The position numbers and the translations under genes are program-made. From assembly GCF_006345805.1 (NCBI RefSeq), contig NC_042998.1, positions 48,050,001 through 48,114,000 on the forward strand: a stretch of DNA of 64,000 nt. The letters run 5' to 3'. Position 1 is the first letter of the stretch. Each line of letters opens with the position of its first letter. The stretch is from Octopus sinensis. Lineage: Eukaryota. The notes beneath the pieces were generated by a model, which did not search any database, had not been told where the DNA came from, and was given only the letters and a program-made list of their open reading frames with translations. Shown in pieces: positions 1 through 12,135 of this stretch.

Positions 1-243
1 GTTTCCCGGTTTCTATGGCGTATGTGTTTCCCAGCTTCCGGTTTCAGTGGCGTAGAAATTCCCCACCTGGACGGGACGCCAGTCCATTGCAGCGTTACTC
101 ATTTTTGCCAGCTGAGTGGACTGGAGCAACGTGAAATGAAGTGTTTTACTCAAGAGCACAACGCGTCGCCCGGTCCAGGAATCGAAACCACAATCTTACG
201 ATCATGATGCTGATACCCTAACCACTAAGCCACGCGCCTCCAC
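1..243 (-). mobile_element. tRNA-derived SINE (family with GTGGAGGCGCGTGGCTTAGTGG head)
   Basis: Minus strand reads GTGGAGGCGCGTGGCTTAGTGGTTAGG (A box) ... GTTTCGATTCC (B box), then a body shared with copies at 18375-18679, 19361-19482 and about 50790-50970; runs off the window start. Confidence 0.8.
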
Positions 244-1307
244 GACATTTTACATAGGTCAACCTCTAAACAAGTTAATGTGTGAAAAACAAAATAAGAA
301 TTTTGAAAGACGATTCTTTAAAACTAGTTTTAAAACATGGAATGGTTATGTGGGGGTCCACCGGAATAAAATAGTAATCAGAGGAATCTATAGATAAAGA
401 CATGGTTGAGAACCCCAGTATGTATGTGTCTGTGTGCGTGTGAATGTGTGTGTGTGTATGTGTGGGGGGAAGCATGAGTGTGTGTGTGTGTGTGTGTGGC
501 GTATGAGCCTGTGTGTGGCGTATGAGCCTGTGTGTGGCGTATGAGCCTGTGTGTGGAGTTTGAATGTGTGTGTGTGTGTGTGTGTGTGTATGTTTGCGTA
601 TGTGCGTGCATGCGCGTACCTGAATTCGCTTCAATTTTTTCAATGTCCATATATAGTCAATGAGCGTCTAATGAGAAAAAAAGAAGATGAACTCAAGAAC
701 ATCACACACGACTACCGCAAATTTTTTCCATTCTTTCCGCGGCTATACCTGCCGTCATTATCTGCCACTATCATTATTATTATCATCATCATCATCATCA
801 CCAACTTCGTTTACTAAGATAACCATCACCACTTCTTAATGCAATGATGTGATAAATACTAATGATGATGGTAAAATGATCATGCTAACCGCCGCCACCA
901 CCACCACAACCACCACCACTACCATCATCATCATCATAATCATTATACACCACACAGTTACTATTACGACTATAATTATCTTTCGTAGGCATCAAGCAAA
1001 AGATGGCAATGTTTTCATTGTTTACAAACATACTTTATTACCACCGACGTTGTGAAACTCCACGAAGTTAGAATGATTACATATATGCAATGTGTATCGG
1101 ATAGCGGAATGTCAGAAGTTTCATAAATTGTAAATCAAGCTAAATGAAACAGATTCCTGCAAAATATAAGCAGAAGTAATACTGCACACAATAGCATCAC
1201 TATTACTTTCCCAAACTAACGCTCTTAGGGAAAATCTTTGTTACAACATAGGTCCCTTTGATTTCTCCCACTGTTGACGCTTCTTGTGACGTTGACTTCT
1301 TATTCGC

Positions 1308-1338
<31 letters not shown>

Positions 1339-1370
1339 AAATATATATATATATATAAAATATATATATA

Positions 1371-2938
1371 CAGTTGCGGCCAAAATGTTCAGAACGGCAT
1401 TGTTTTCGTAAGAAAAGTAGGTATAAGTTTTTATCAAAGTTGTTTTATATTCTATAATTTTTGCAGACAATAAATACGATATTATTTGTTAATGTCTGAG
1501 ATTTTGGTGTAATTTGAGAGGATAATAAAAAAGTTATGGATGATTTAGTGATTTACTGCAAAACCCATGGCGGCCAAAATGATCAGAACGGTTGCTTTTA
1601 CTCCATGTTTTAGTATATTTAACCGTCGAACTCTAATGTTTTGAATTTGTTTACGAGACAGTTCGTTTACTAAACATTAGTAAGAATATCTGCAGTGTAC
1701 TTTGTTAATATAATGCCACTTACTCCGTTACCAATTCGTCAGCAGATTATTAAGCTTCAAAAGAAGGATAATTTAAGTATTAGGTCTATTGCAAAGATTG
1801 TTAACAAGTCAAAAAGTGTTGTTCACGGTATTCTTAAGGTCTACGATGATTGCGGTTCGTGTGAAGCAAGAAAGTCTACAGGTAGGCCAAGAAAAACGAC
1901 CAGGAGAGAAGATCGTGCTATGATAAAGTTAGTTAAAAAGGACAGATTTAAAACTGCTGCTGCCGTTTTTCGGAAAATGAGCATTGTACTGAAGAAAACT
2001 TTATCTCGAAAAACTGTGTCTCGTCGTTTAGTTGAACATGACCTACAAGCAAGAGCACTTGCAGTGAAGCCACTGATCAGCTCCAAGAATAAAAAGTGTC
2101 GTCTTACCTTTGCAACCGAACATGTGTTGTGGTCTCAAGAAAAATCGAAAACGGTGCATTTCAGTGATGAATCTAAGTCTATGTTATTTGGCTCAGATGG
2201 GAAAAGCAGGTGAAAAATTGTCGCCTAAATGCCTTAAGACTAGTGTTAAATTCGGTGGAGGAAGTGTCATGGTTTGGGGGATGATATCTGGAGATGTTGT
2301 TTGCCCTTTGCTGCGATTACATGGAAAGGTAAATGCAGGAGTTTATAAACAACTTGTAAAAGATCATGTCTTGTCTGTGCTGAGGAATTCAACTAAGCGA
2401 ACACCCATATTCATGCAGGACAATGCCCCATGTCACAAGGCTAAGGTGGTCATGAACTTCCTCAAGGCTGAAAAGGTTATTGTTATGGATTGGCCTGCTC
2501 AAAGCCCAGACCTCAATCCTATTAAAAATGTGTGGAATATTCTAGGAGAACGTTTGAAAGCCAGAAATCCTAAAACAACCGAGCAATTATGGAATGCCCT
2601 TCAGGAAGAATGGAATAAGATCACCCAGCAAGAAATTGAAAATTTAATTTCCCCATCCAGTCAAAAATATCAAACTTTGATTGAAGCTAAAGGGCTTCAC
2701 ACTAAATATGAAATAATTCCAGCATTCTCTGTCACTTTTTAATTATTTTGTTATTTTTTCAACCGTTCTGATCATTTTGGCCACCATGGGTTTTGCAGTA
2801 AATCACTATATCATCTATACCAATTAATATCGTATTTATTGTCTGTGAAAATTATAGAATATAAAACAACTTTAATAAAAACTTATACTTACTTTTCTGA
2901 CGAAAACAATGCCGTTCTGAACTTTTTGGCCGCAACTG
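1371..2938 (+). mobile_element. Tc1-family DNA transposon with long IR/DR terminal inverted repeats
   Basis: Starts TA|CAGTTGCGGCCAAAATGTTCAGAACGG and ends CCGTTCTGAACTTTTTGGCCGCAACTG|TA (TA duplication). TIRs of about 180-220 bp each carry an inner repeat GGCCAAAATGATCAGAACGG (about 1570-1592 and 2761-2783). Transposase lies between them. Confidence 0.95.
1713..2742 (+). pseudogene. Tc1 DD34E transposase, frameshifted and catalytically mutated
   Basis: HTH region (IRSIAKIVNKSKSVVHGIL), GRPRKTT, first D in FSDESK, GGGSVMVWG, second D in MQDNAPCH, WPAQSPDLNPIKNVW with 34 residues between D and the expected E, which is K (AAA). Reading frame switches near 2205-2210. Confidence 0.92.
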
Positions 2939-2940
<2 letters not shown>

Positions 2941-2970
<30 letters not shown>

Positions 2971-2983
2971 GTATGTATGTATG

Positions 2984-3017
<34 letters not shown>

Positions 3018-3060
3018 TGTATGTATGTATGTATGCATGTATGTATGTATGAATGTATGT
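2941..3060. repeat. (TATG)n microsatellite abutting the Tc1 right end
   Basis: Direct inspection. Confidence 0.95.
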
Positions 3061-3301
3061 GTGTATATTTACTATCCTATATCTCTCGCCACTTCTACAC
3101 ACTCAATAATGCTATAAAAAGAGACGAATCCCCTCAAAATATTCAAATCTGAAGAATCTATTAGAGTAGATGCAAGCGCTATTATATGATTTATAAAAAC
3201 ATGTGGCTTATTAATAAAAATCTGTAAATGTACAACCATCAAGATTTCTGAGTACCTTATTTTTTCTAATATATATATATACACACACACAAACACACAC
3301 A

Positions 3302-3521
3302 AAGTAATCTCTCGACTATCGAGGGTGTTGCGTTCCAAAAACCCCAGCGTTAAGTGAAAATCTGTGAAGTAGAAACAGTACTGTACTGTATATATATATA
3401 TATTATTTTTATAATTTGTATATATTTATTTTCTTATAAATGCAAAACAACACCGCAGAATCGTTGTAAGCTTAAATAATAAACTGCGTTAGGTGAACCG
3501 CAGTATGGCGACTGATTACTG
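3302..3521. mobile_element. Tigger/pogo-like MITE, degenerate
   Basis: Imperfect TIRs AAGTAATCTCTCGACTATCG ... CAGTATGGCGACTGATTACTG|TA resemble CAGTAATCCCTCG-type pogo/Tigger ends. Confidence 0.5.
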
Positions 3522-3639
3522 TATATCTTCCTCCCTCTTCCCACTACCACCTGACTGGTGTCGACCTAAGGCGGTGTCGTTTTTTTTTTTTTTTTCGCCC
3601 TGCTTTTGACCAGATCAGTCACGCCTGTCTGGGCTCCTC

Positions 3640-3905
3640 ATTATGTCTCTTAGGACATTTTCCATTTCTCCTTTGCGTTACCTTACATACGCCAGTTTGA
3701 CAGCCGAAAGGCCTTTTTCTGTTGTATTTGTATTATTATTAGTATTTTGTTGTATACGTACAATTGTTATATTTTGTCTTGTTTGTTTTTGTCCTTGTCG
3801 TACACGTTCGTTAGCTTTTCCCAGAAGGTTCCTGCTCTGGCGCTGACAAGACAGAGTGGTATCAATGTTAAAAACACGAAACCACTAGGAGTCTTAGACA
3901 TTGAC
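3640..3905 (+). mobile_element. possible Penelope-like element 3' terminus
   Basis: Resembles the reverse complement of 29160-29225; degenerate TLxPxGLN-like ORF end, T-rich stretch, then CTGACAAG...CACGAAAC hammerhead-like remnant near 3843-3900. Confidence 0.3.
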
Positions 3906-4237
3906 TGATAAGGAAACAGCAGCGAATTTTCTGTGTATTTTGGTTTTGCTTAATATTCCGTTTGTTATGTTTTTGTTAAATTTTTCCGTTTAACATTATA
4001 TATATAAGGGTCGACAATGTAAATAAATATATATTCTGTCATGGATGGATGTATATCAGTTTCTACCAATATACCAATTAAGATATTAAAACGTATTAAA
4101 AATCTATGAATACATAAATATATAAAATTCTAATATACATATATAAATAGATGAGTGAAGTTAGTTTAGAACGGCGTTGTAAATATAAATATAGATACTA
4201 TATCTCCAACCAATCTAATCAGACCAAATACTCAAAA

Positions 4238-4430
4238 TCTAGGAAACGTGAAATTATATGGTTTGCCTCGCCCTTCTCTTTAGATCAAATCTTTACCCAA
4301 ATTGTTTTTTTAAGATATTGAAGGAAAATTTCCCTAAAAATCATAAATGTTATTCTAATTTTAATAAATCCTCTGTGATATTGTCGTACTTTACTACTCC
4401 GAATTTAGACTCGATCATATCTTGGAAGCT
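4238..4430 (+). pseudogene. Penelope-like retroelement ORF fragment (linker between RT and GIY-YIG)
   Basis: Two frames give SRKREIIWFASPFS and FFKILKENFPKNHKCYSNFNKSSVILSYFTTPNLDSIISW, matching the PLE motif RxIIWFNPPFS...HFPKNHKxxKIFNxNxVKxSYSCMPNxxSII as I recall it; frameshifted. Confidence 0.55.
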
Positions 4431-5508
4431 ATTGATGGATCAATAGATCAATAGATCTAAACTCAGCCTTAAGAAATCTACCAACACAAATTTTTATAAT
4501 GAACTCTATAACTCGAAAACTGACACTAGCTCTAACGTAAACATTACGCCAAATCAACCCCTTACAGTCGGGGTAGCAAAATCGATTATATCCGCAGCTA
4601 TAACATTTTCACAAGAAACACTAGGTCGATGTAATCGACTAGTCCCCCTCCCCCCGAATTTCAGGCCTCGTGTCCATAGTAGAAGGGATTACTACTGAGA
4701 TAACAATCCGAAAATGAATATAGTGTAGTACTGAAATTGAAAAACTAAGAAATTATACCAACTTAAATATAGTGCCGATTTAAATCAGAAATATCCAGAG
4801 CAATTGCCAGGAAGATCCACAGGTCTAGTGACCCAAAGTCAGTCTATGTATGTCAATAAAACATAGTATAGGTCCTAGCGCACAGACTTGCCCATATGAT
4901 GCCTTGCTGATGAATTATAGGAGACATTAAGGAATGTGTGTTGCATCTAATTTGTCATTGGTACGTCAGTAATGATATATGGCTACAAAGCCATATCTGT
5001 AGGTATATGCGACTATCATATTGAACTCACTGGGTGAAGGGTGTTGACACCAGATGAACTGCTTGGTTAGCTTTACGTGCCCCTTCTACAAGAATCGAAT
5101 CACTAGATGTTATCATCTGGTCAAACGGTAATATATACCAATGTAATGTTCACGTTCGCTACCACCACTCAATCTTTCATGATAGCTTTCTCTCTGCTCA
5201 CTTTTAGATGAACCAGCAATTCTTATCGTTATATCGTCCTAATTGTTACTGACTTAGAGATACATACCAAACTAAACACAAGAATTAAAGGGCTCCGTCG
5301 GGCCTACACCTCACGACGTTGGTTGGTGACATATACTTGCGTCTATAGGTGCCATGCTACAAGCTCCCAGTTTAATCTTGTCTTCTGTCACCACCTCTTA
5401 ATTTTTTAGAATGATTCTGACCAGCTCGGCTACTGAGGTATCTGACGCCAACAAGATGCTATCTGATTGACCTAACAACCTAACAAACACTATTGCAAGA
5501 TACAATTT

Positions 5509-5580
5509 GAGTCATCCCGAGTCATCCCGAGTCATCCCGAGTCATCCATGTAACTCATCCATGTCATCCATGTAACTCAA
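5509..5580. repeat. short tandem repeats (GAGTCATCCC x4; CATCCATGTAACT x2)
   Basis: Direct inspection. Confidence 0.9.
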
Positions 5581-5686
5581 CTGGTCAGTTCTACAAGACT
5601 GATCGGAAAAAAATAAATGGTTTAAGTGGGCAAAACTGAATGTAAATATAGCAGATCCACGGTACGATACTTCACTGAAAATCACC

Positions 5687-5880
5687 GAGAAGAGCACACG
5701 TATTGAGAAGAGCATACGTATTGAGAAGAGCGCACGTATTGAGAAGAGCACACGTATTGAGAAGAGCACACGTATTGAGAAGAGCACACGTATTGAGAAG
5801 AGCATTGTCGATGTGAGAACTGTTGCTGCTCATCACGTATTGAGAAGAGCATTGTCGATGTGAGAACTGTTGCTGCTCAT
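5687..5880. repeat. 18-bp minisatellite (GAGAAGAGCACACGTATT x6) followed by a duplicated ~40-47-bp unit
   Basis: Six 18-mers at 5687-5794, then GAGAAGAGCATTGTCGATGTGAGAACTGTTGCTGCTCAT twice. Confidence 0.95.
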
Positions 5881-6035
5881 GTATTTTAATTTAACTTAAA
5901 AAAAAAATTTTTTTAATGAACGAACTATTGAGTTTGGTTTAATGGCCTACCAATGTATACTATGAGTTTCTTTGCCCTAGGAGTCGGGAAGACACTCGGC
6001 AAGAAATGGAAGTAAATTTGAAAGAAGAAAAAAAA

Positions 6036-6081
<46 letters not shown>

Positions 6082-6110
6082 TGATGATGATGATGATAAT
6101 AATAATAATA

Positions 6111-6640
6111 AATGTCCTGATGCCGTACTAGGTAGTGGCTCTCATGGCTTCTGATCTTAACTGATTGGAAGTGTTATTATGTACATTATTTTCTCTTGGT
6201 ATAAAAGATGGGCTACAGCAAATATTCTGCTCAATACCACAGATTTGCTTGTCAGTTGTTTGATCTTAACCAGTTGAGCATGTCCCTTTGTGGCTGACGA
6301 TATGTGCATCTCTGACTACGAGCAGAACTAGTGGTGGAGCATCATAACCATGTGTTGAAAAGAATTCTTTGGGGTTTGAATAATTAACTTCTGGAAACAT
6401 GGGTGTTTCGTTCAACATCCTTAAACAACTCTTATTTGGGGACATTTTGAGCGGGATGGGTTACTCGACCAGGAGAAAATTCTAACTTGGCCCCCACCTG
6501 CAAAGTTATCTGCTGTTGTGATGCATGTGTCTAGTGTACCCATATCAGACGGGTAGTCATGATGGCTATACTGGGCTTCGTATATTTTACCCGTGTCACT
6601 TAGATGGCATGAACTGCTCTCACACTCAATAATAATAATA

Positions 6641-6677
<37 letters not shown>

Positions 6678-7255
6678 TAATAATATAATAATAATAATAA
6701 TAATAATAATGATGATGATGATGATGATAATAATAATAATAAATGTCCTGATGCCGTACTAGGTAGTGGCTCTCATGGCTTCTGATCTTAACTGATTGGA
6801 AGTGTTATATGTACATTATTTTCTCTTGGTATAAAAGATGGGCTACAGCAAATATTCTGCTCAATACCACAGATTGCTTGTCAGTTGTTTGATCTTAACC
6901 AGTTGAGCATGTCCCTTTGTGGCTGACGATATGTGCATCTCTGATACGAGCAGAACTAGTGGTGGAGCATCATAACCATGTGTTGAAAAGAATTCTTTGG
7001 GGTTTGAATAACTCACCTCTGGAAACATGAGTGTTTCGTTCAACATCCTTAAACAACTCTTATTTGGGGACATTTTGAGCGGGATGGGTTACTCGACCAG
7101 GAGAAAATTCTAACTTGGCCCCCACCTGCAAAGTTATCTGCTGTTGTGATGCATGTGTCTAGTGTACCCATATCAGACGGGTAGTCATGATGGCTATACT
7201 GGGCTTCGTATATTTTACCCGTGTCACTTAGATGGCATGAACTGCTCTCACACTC

Positions 7256-7256
<1 letters not shown>
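6111..7256 (+). repeat. tandem duplication of a ~517-bp interspersed repeat with (TAA)n tail (copies 6111-6628 and 6742-7256)
   Basis: Both copies run AATGTCCTGATGCCGTACTAGG ... CTGCTCTCACACTCA(ATA)n and both are preceded by the same (TAA)(TGA)(TAA) tract. The trinucleotide tail suggests a LINE 3' end or non-autonomous retroposon. Confidence 0.85.
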
Positions 7257-7330
<74 letters not shown>

Positions 7331-7343
7331 AAGAAGAAGAAGA

Positions 7344-7377
<34 letters not shown>
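7257..7377. repeat. compound microsatellite (TAA)n(GAA)n(TGA)n
   Basis: Direct inspection. Confidence 0.95.
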
Positions 7378-7380
<3 letters not shown>

Positions 7381-8430
7381 CTTTTATTTTTCACCAGGGC
7401 GGAAGCTGAAGGGGACAATACAAAGACAGACATAAAATGTGGGTGTTTACATATAATGGAATAATTTTTTAAAAAAAGGAAAAGCATACACGGTTTACAT
7501 TAAAAGTCGGGAATTATACATAGTATACGACACCAAGGGAGGGAAACGCGATAGTGATGGGGTCCTCCTAATGCAGGAGGACCTCTAGGAATAATCGATG
7601 AATCTCACTATCCAAGACCTTCGTGAATATCAAGGACAAGTGCCCTCTCCGTCTTCTTTCCACCGACTCACAGGTCTACACTTAGAGCTGAACCATCTCC
7701 ACTCCTGCCATTGTCGCAACTTTCACCTATCTTTTGATAGATTCTCTCGAAGACAACACCTCCCTCTCCACCCTCACTTTCCTTCTTAAATAAAACTTGA
7801 AAAAAATCGATGAGGGCTTTACCAAAGAGGGATGTCTCAATCCTCATTCTTTTCAGATTCATCCACCACACAACCAGTTTCGCCACAGCCACCAGGCAAA
7901 GGAAAACTGTCTTGCCTGTTCGATTAAAGAAGGACGGCGGGTAAATCATCACTATAGACTCGGCCGACAGATCGATCCGTCCCACGCGCGACAGCGGCTG
8001 TTCGACATAACTCCGCAAGTCAGCAATGCCCGGACACTGGAACGAGAATATGCATAACGGTTTCGTCACTGCACACACCTTGGACAAGCCTATCTGACAG
8101 GACATCCGTACCTGTAGAGTTTAATCTCAAACCGGTAGGGCCCTTCCCTGCCGGTAGCACTGCCAGGCCAAAGACATCTGGAAATTATCCATAGTAGTTC
8201 CCGATTGGAAAGTCCTGGATATAGACTAAGCCAGTTCGTCGGCGCCTGGGATCGTCCCAACGATGTCGTCGCACTTCTCCGCTACTAATCGCCTGTATAA
8301 AGTTAAAGTGGAACATCCTATTGCCCGACTGGTAGAGGACAGTGAGCGCCTGACAACATTCTGAGTGCCAGACGCCCAGACTCGGTCTATCCTTCACCGT
8401 CAAAGAAACGAGCTGCGGAAAGACATGTCA
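7378..8430 (-). mobile_element. 5'-truncated Tx1/L1-clade LINE (ORF2 C-terminus and 3' UTR)
   Basis: Frameshifted minus-strand peptides MDNFQMSLAWQCYR..ALPV..KLYRYG, CPRC..ETVMHI..QCPGIADL (zinc knuckle) and YVEQPLSRVGRIDLSAESIV...FLCLVAVAKLVVWW, typical of Tx1-group ORF2 ends. Confidence 0.75.
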
Positions 8431-8806
8431 CTTTTCTACAACAGGCACAAGATTTGACATTTGAGGGGAGGGGCTAGTCGATTATATCGACCCAAGTGTT
8501 CAGCTGGTATTTATTTTATCGACTCCGAAATAATGAAAGGGTGGAGTCAACCTCAACGGAATTTGAACGCAGAACGTAATGACAGACGAAATACCTATTT
8601 CTTTACTACCCACAAGGGGCTAAACACAGAGAGGACAAACAAGGACAGACAAACGGATTAAGTCGATTATATCGACCCCAGTGCGTAACTGGTACTTATT
8701 TAATCGACCCCGAAAGGATGAAAGGCAAAGTCGACCTCAGCGGAATTTGAACTCAGAACGAAGCGGCAGACGAAATACCGCTAAGCATTTTGTCCAGTTC
8801 GCCACT
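8431..8806 (-). mobile_element. tRNA-derived SINE (GGCGGCGAGCTGGCAG family) with internal duplication
   Basis: Body ATCGACCCCGAAAGGATGAAAGGCAAAGTCGACCTC...GAATTTGAACTCAGAACG recurs many times in the window; B-box-like GAGTTCAAATTCC on the minus strand. Confidence 0.8.
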
Positions 8807-8807
8807 T

Positions 8808-8866
<59 letters not shown>

Positions 8867-10159
8867 ACACATGGCTGCAAATTCATAAGAATAGTGTATT
8901 CCTTAAATAAAGGAATAATTGAATGCCCAAACGCGCGCGCACATACACATACACACACGCGCAAATAAAACCCATACACACATATTTACGTTTATATGTA
9001 TGTATGCATGTACGTATGGGTATGTGTATGCGTATACGTACGTGATGTACTTACTGTATGTAACATACATTTACACACACACACACACACACATACACAC
9101 ACATGTTCGTGAATACGCGAATGTTTATGTATATATTATCATATTTATGCAAACAAGTCTTGGGGTTTTTCTTTTCTTTTCTTCTTCCTTTTCTTTTCTT
9201 TCATTTTGTCGGTGTACTTATATACATTCTCAACGATAAGCGATAAGAACAAAAGTAAATAACTTATTCCTGTCTATCTCCTCAACAACAAACCACAGAA
9301 ATGATAACGCCCACTCATACACACAAACACGCGTATATATATATACACACAGATATACACACACCTACACGAACATAACGTACATATACATTCATTTATT
9401 CATTGATACATACAGAAATATAGACAGATAAATAATACAGGCAGACAGACTGACAAACATACATAGAGAAGACACGGGCAAATATAGAACCAACAAATAT
9501 AACAACAAAAAACGTTATCACGAACGAAAGCAACAACGAAAGAATTGTCTTAGATATACAGACAGACAGCCACAACAACTAAAATAACAAAAGAATCAGA
9601 CAGGAAATATTCGACCGATGTAGTTGTAATATCAGCCATTTCTTTGCCTATGACAAATAAAATTTGACCGGGAAAAGATGGCAAAAGATCAAAGAGAAGT
9701 ATAAATTATTTTATTTTAATTTATCTTATTTTATTGACAATGATTGTTATTTGATTTATTATTTATCATTTTTTTGCCCCCCTTTTTTTTTTGTAATATA
9801 TTATTTGGTTGTAATTTAACTTTATCTAAACAATTGTGTACTTTTGCTACGTTTGCCCATACCCCGGTCATGTTTTATTCCGGCGGTAGGAGACATTTGT
9901 TACAATGTTTAAAATCTTCATCTCTAATAGTCACGTTAACATTTTACTATGTGTAATAATACTGCCATTTTTACCAGATTTAAAACCCCTTCTTTTTTTA
10001 TATTGCAGGTATAATTTTACACCTTGTGTATTGAAAGATACACACACCACACACACACACACATACACACACACACACACATACAACACACAATAACACA
10101 GACGCAACCACACCACACATAGACAGCACACTCAACACGTAAGCGTACATATATATATA

Positions 10160-11711
10160 CGAGCAAAACGTCCCTCGTCCAATGGACGATGCTGAATTGT
10201 CAAATATCTAAACCAAATTTGCTCAAAACAACTTGTCCGACCGTCTCATAGGCCTCCCCTTTGAGAAACACTGATTTAACCTAAATTTAAGACACCAGCA
10301 AAAGAAGAAATGAAGATAGACTTTTTTTCTATTCCAAAGAAAAACAATATTATTCACACAAATATGCAACTGAAGAGTTTAAAGTACCTGTAATGAGAAG
10401 GCTGTTGACTAGGAGAACACATCATGGTTTAAATAGTAAGCTTGGCAGGAAAGAAACGTGCTTTTAAGCAGTACAAAAACAGCAAAAAATGGAAGGTGCA
10501 GTTATGTACAGGTTGACGGAAGAAAAGCACGACAAAAACGATGCATGCAAATGGGTTAGCTGGAGGTAAATCTAGATGGAAATGCATGATGAATTTATGA
10601 GAACGTACCTGGGACAATAATAAGTTTATCCGATAAAACATGTAGGAAATCAACTTGGGGCGATTTCTGATGAAAAGCAACAACCTAGGGAACTAAGTAA
10701 CTAATTTTAAGCTAACTTACTTTACGGGATGTTCAAGGGCATGGAAAAGCTAGTGGAGCACAGCCTTGTAAACCACATTCCTTGTTACTCCGTCTGGAGC
10801 GTAGTAGTAAAGGTTTGTCGAACAGCTAACCCTCAAGCAGCCCACATACAGTTGTCTGTGCGAAAAGCAAGGAGTGCTGAGGTCCAACCCCACGACTTTC
10901 AATGACTGCCACTGTGCTTTGTTGATGGTCATCGTGAAGCTCAGGCGAATAGGGAATTGAAGGCGTTTCATCGGGTAAACACAGTCCGACGGAATCAATG
11001 GCAGGCGGGAAATAAAAACATCTCCTGCTCCTTGACCCGTCATAACTTTTGCCTCGAAAACTTCATCCAAAAGTTGGGTGAGAAACAACCGAGTGCCATT
11101 GCAAAGTGGGGGCGGGGGGCAAGTTTCGGAGGAGAATAATGGGACTCCAACCTTGAGGCAGAGTTTATGGGGTGGCAAACCCGATGGTTCTTGTGCGCTA
11201 AGAAATTCGGTCGGGTACACCATGACTTGCTCTGGGCCAGTAATTGAATCGACGGATGTGTAGATTCGTTCCTGGGTCGGCAGTTGATGAAGGAGGCGAG
11301 TGTTAAGCGTATTGACGTTGGCATTGGCTGGCGCTAAAATGGCTCTATCACACAACCATTGAGGGTCACCGAAATTAGAAGATAGATTGGGGTAAACTGT
11401 CTGACAAAATTCATTGGACCCAGACACGTAGTTACCGATGGAAGTTAGGTCAGTCAACCCGTTTGCATCAAAGGGAGGCAACTCCTATCAGCGCCATATA
11501 GTCGATTGTGCAACCAAAGAAAAACGATTTCCTACGGCTTTATCGATCGCATTCTCACCTGGAATCGATTTTTGTAAATTTTTCAAGACTTATACACGTC
11601 CTGATACCGTCGGTATATACGTATCAAATTTGAGCGCAATCGGATGGAGGATGCCCGAGATCCTAGAAGACACACACACACACACACACAGAACGGATTT
11701 TATATAAGAGA
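10160..11711 (-). mobile_element. compact non-autonomous Helitron retaining the helicase C-terminus
   Basis: Minus-strand 5' end TCTCTTATATAAAATCCGTTCTG(TG)n at 11711; 3' end with perfect hairpin TCGTCCATTGGACGA about 11 nt before CTCG|T at 10160 (variant of CTRR); A/T junction without TSD; internal PIF1-like helicase ORF. Confidence 0.75.
10750..11481 (-). pseudogene. Helitron Rep/Hel PIF1-like helicase, C-terminal fragment
   Basis: WLCDRAILAP, YPTEFL...PSGLPPHKLCLKVGVP, LCNGTRL, RLQFPIRLSFTMTINKAQWQSL, FSHRQLYVGCLRV, TRNVVYKAVL. Conserved G residues are replaced (KAQW, SHRQ) and an LLRNL-type segment appears lost to compensating frameshifts. Confidence 0.92.
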
Positions 11712-11844
11712 TAAAAGATAAAACTTACTTGGAAAAGGATGCGTGGCGTTCGATCATATAATAATATATATAATATATAAATATATGCATATATACATAC
11801 GTATATGTACATATCTACATGTTTATATGCATGCATATATGGGT

Positions 11845-12135
11845 ACAGGATATAAAAAAAAACGTTGAACACAATGTAAAACGAAAACATAAAAACAAAA
11901 TCATTGAAAACGAACTTTTTTCGGACAACGAAGAAAACAGAGAAACGAGACATGCAACATACAGAATATTCCCCTTCATCAGTTGTCCTTGTTTCATCTA
12001 CTCCGCGTTTCGAAGGCATATTACTTGTATCGGTGGAGGATGGGTAAGACCTCCGAAGGGAACACATGGACTTGTTAGGAGGCTTTCTTAATACGCTGAA
12101 AGTATGTTGTACTATAAGAGCCAACTTGCTTAAGG
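11845..12135 (-). mobile_element. probable Penelope-like terminal fragment
   Basis: Shares ATGGGTACAGGA...AAAAAAACGT(T/C)GAACACAATG...CCCCTTC(A/T)TCAGT...TTTCGAAGG with 28845-29050; degenerate hammerhead-like GAAACGCG on the minus strand. Confidence 0.4.

Noticed and set aside
5542-5805. ORF ending in YMDD (RT-like motif) with IRVLFS repeats; faint LHWYI/RPD-like traces at 5040-5200
   Set aside because: YMDD and the repeats are produced by short tandem repeats, and no other RT motifs line up in frame; too weak to call a LINE.
7257-7400. Tx1 element abutting (GAA)n/(TGA)n as microsatellite-specific targeting
   Set aside because: The other flank (about 8430) is not microsatellite, so target specificity is not supported.
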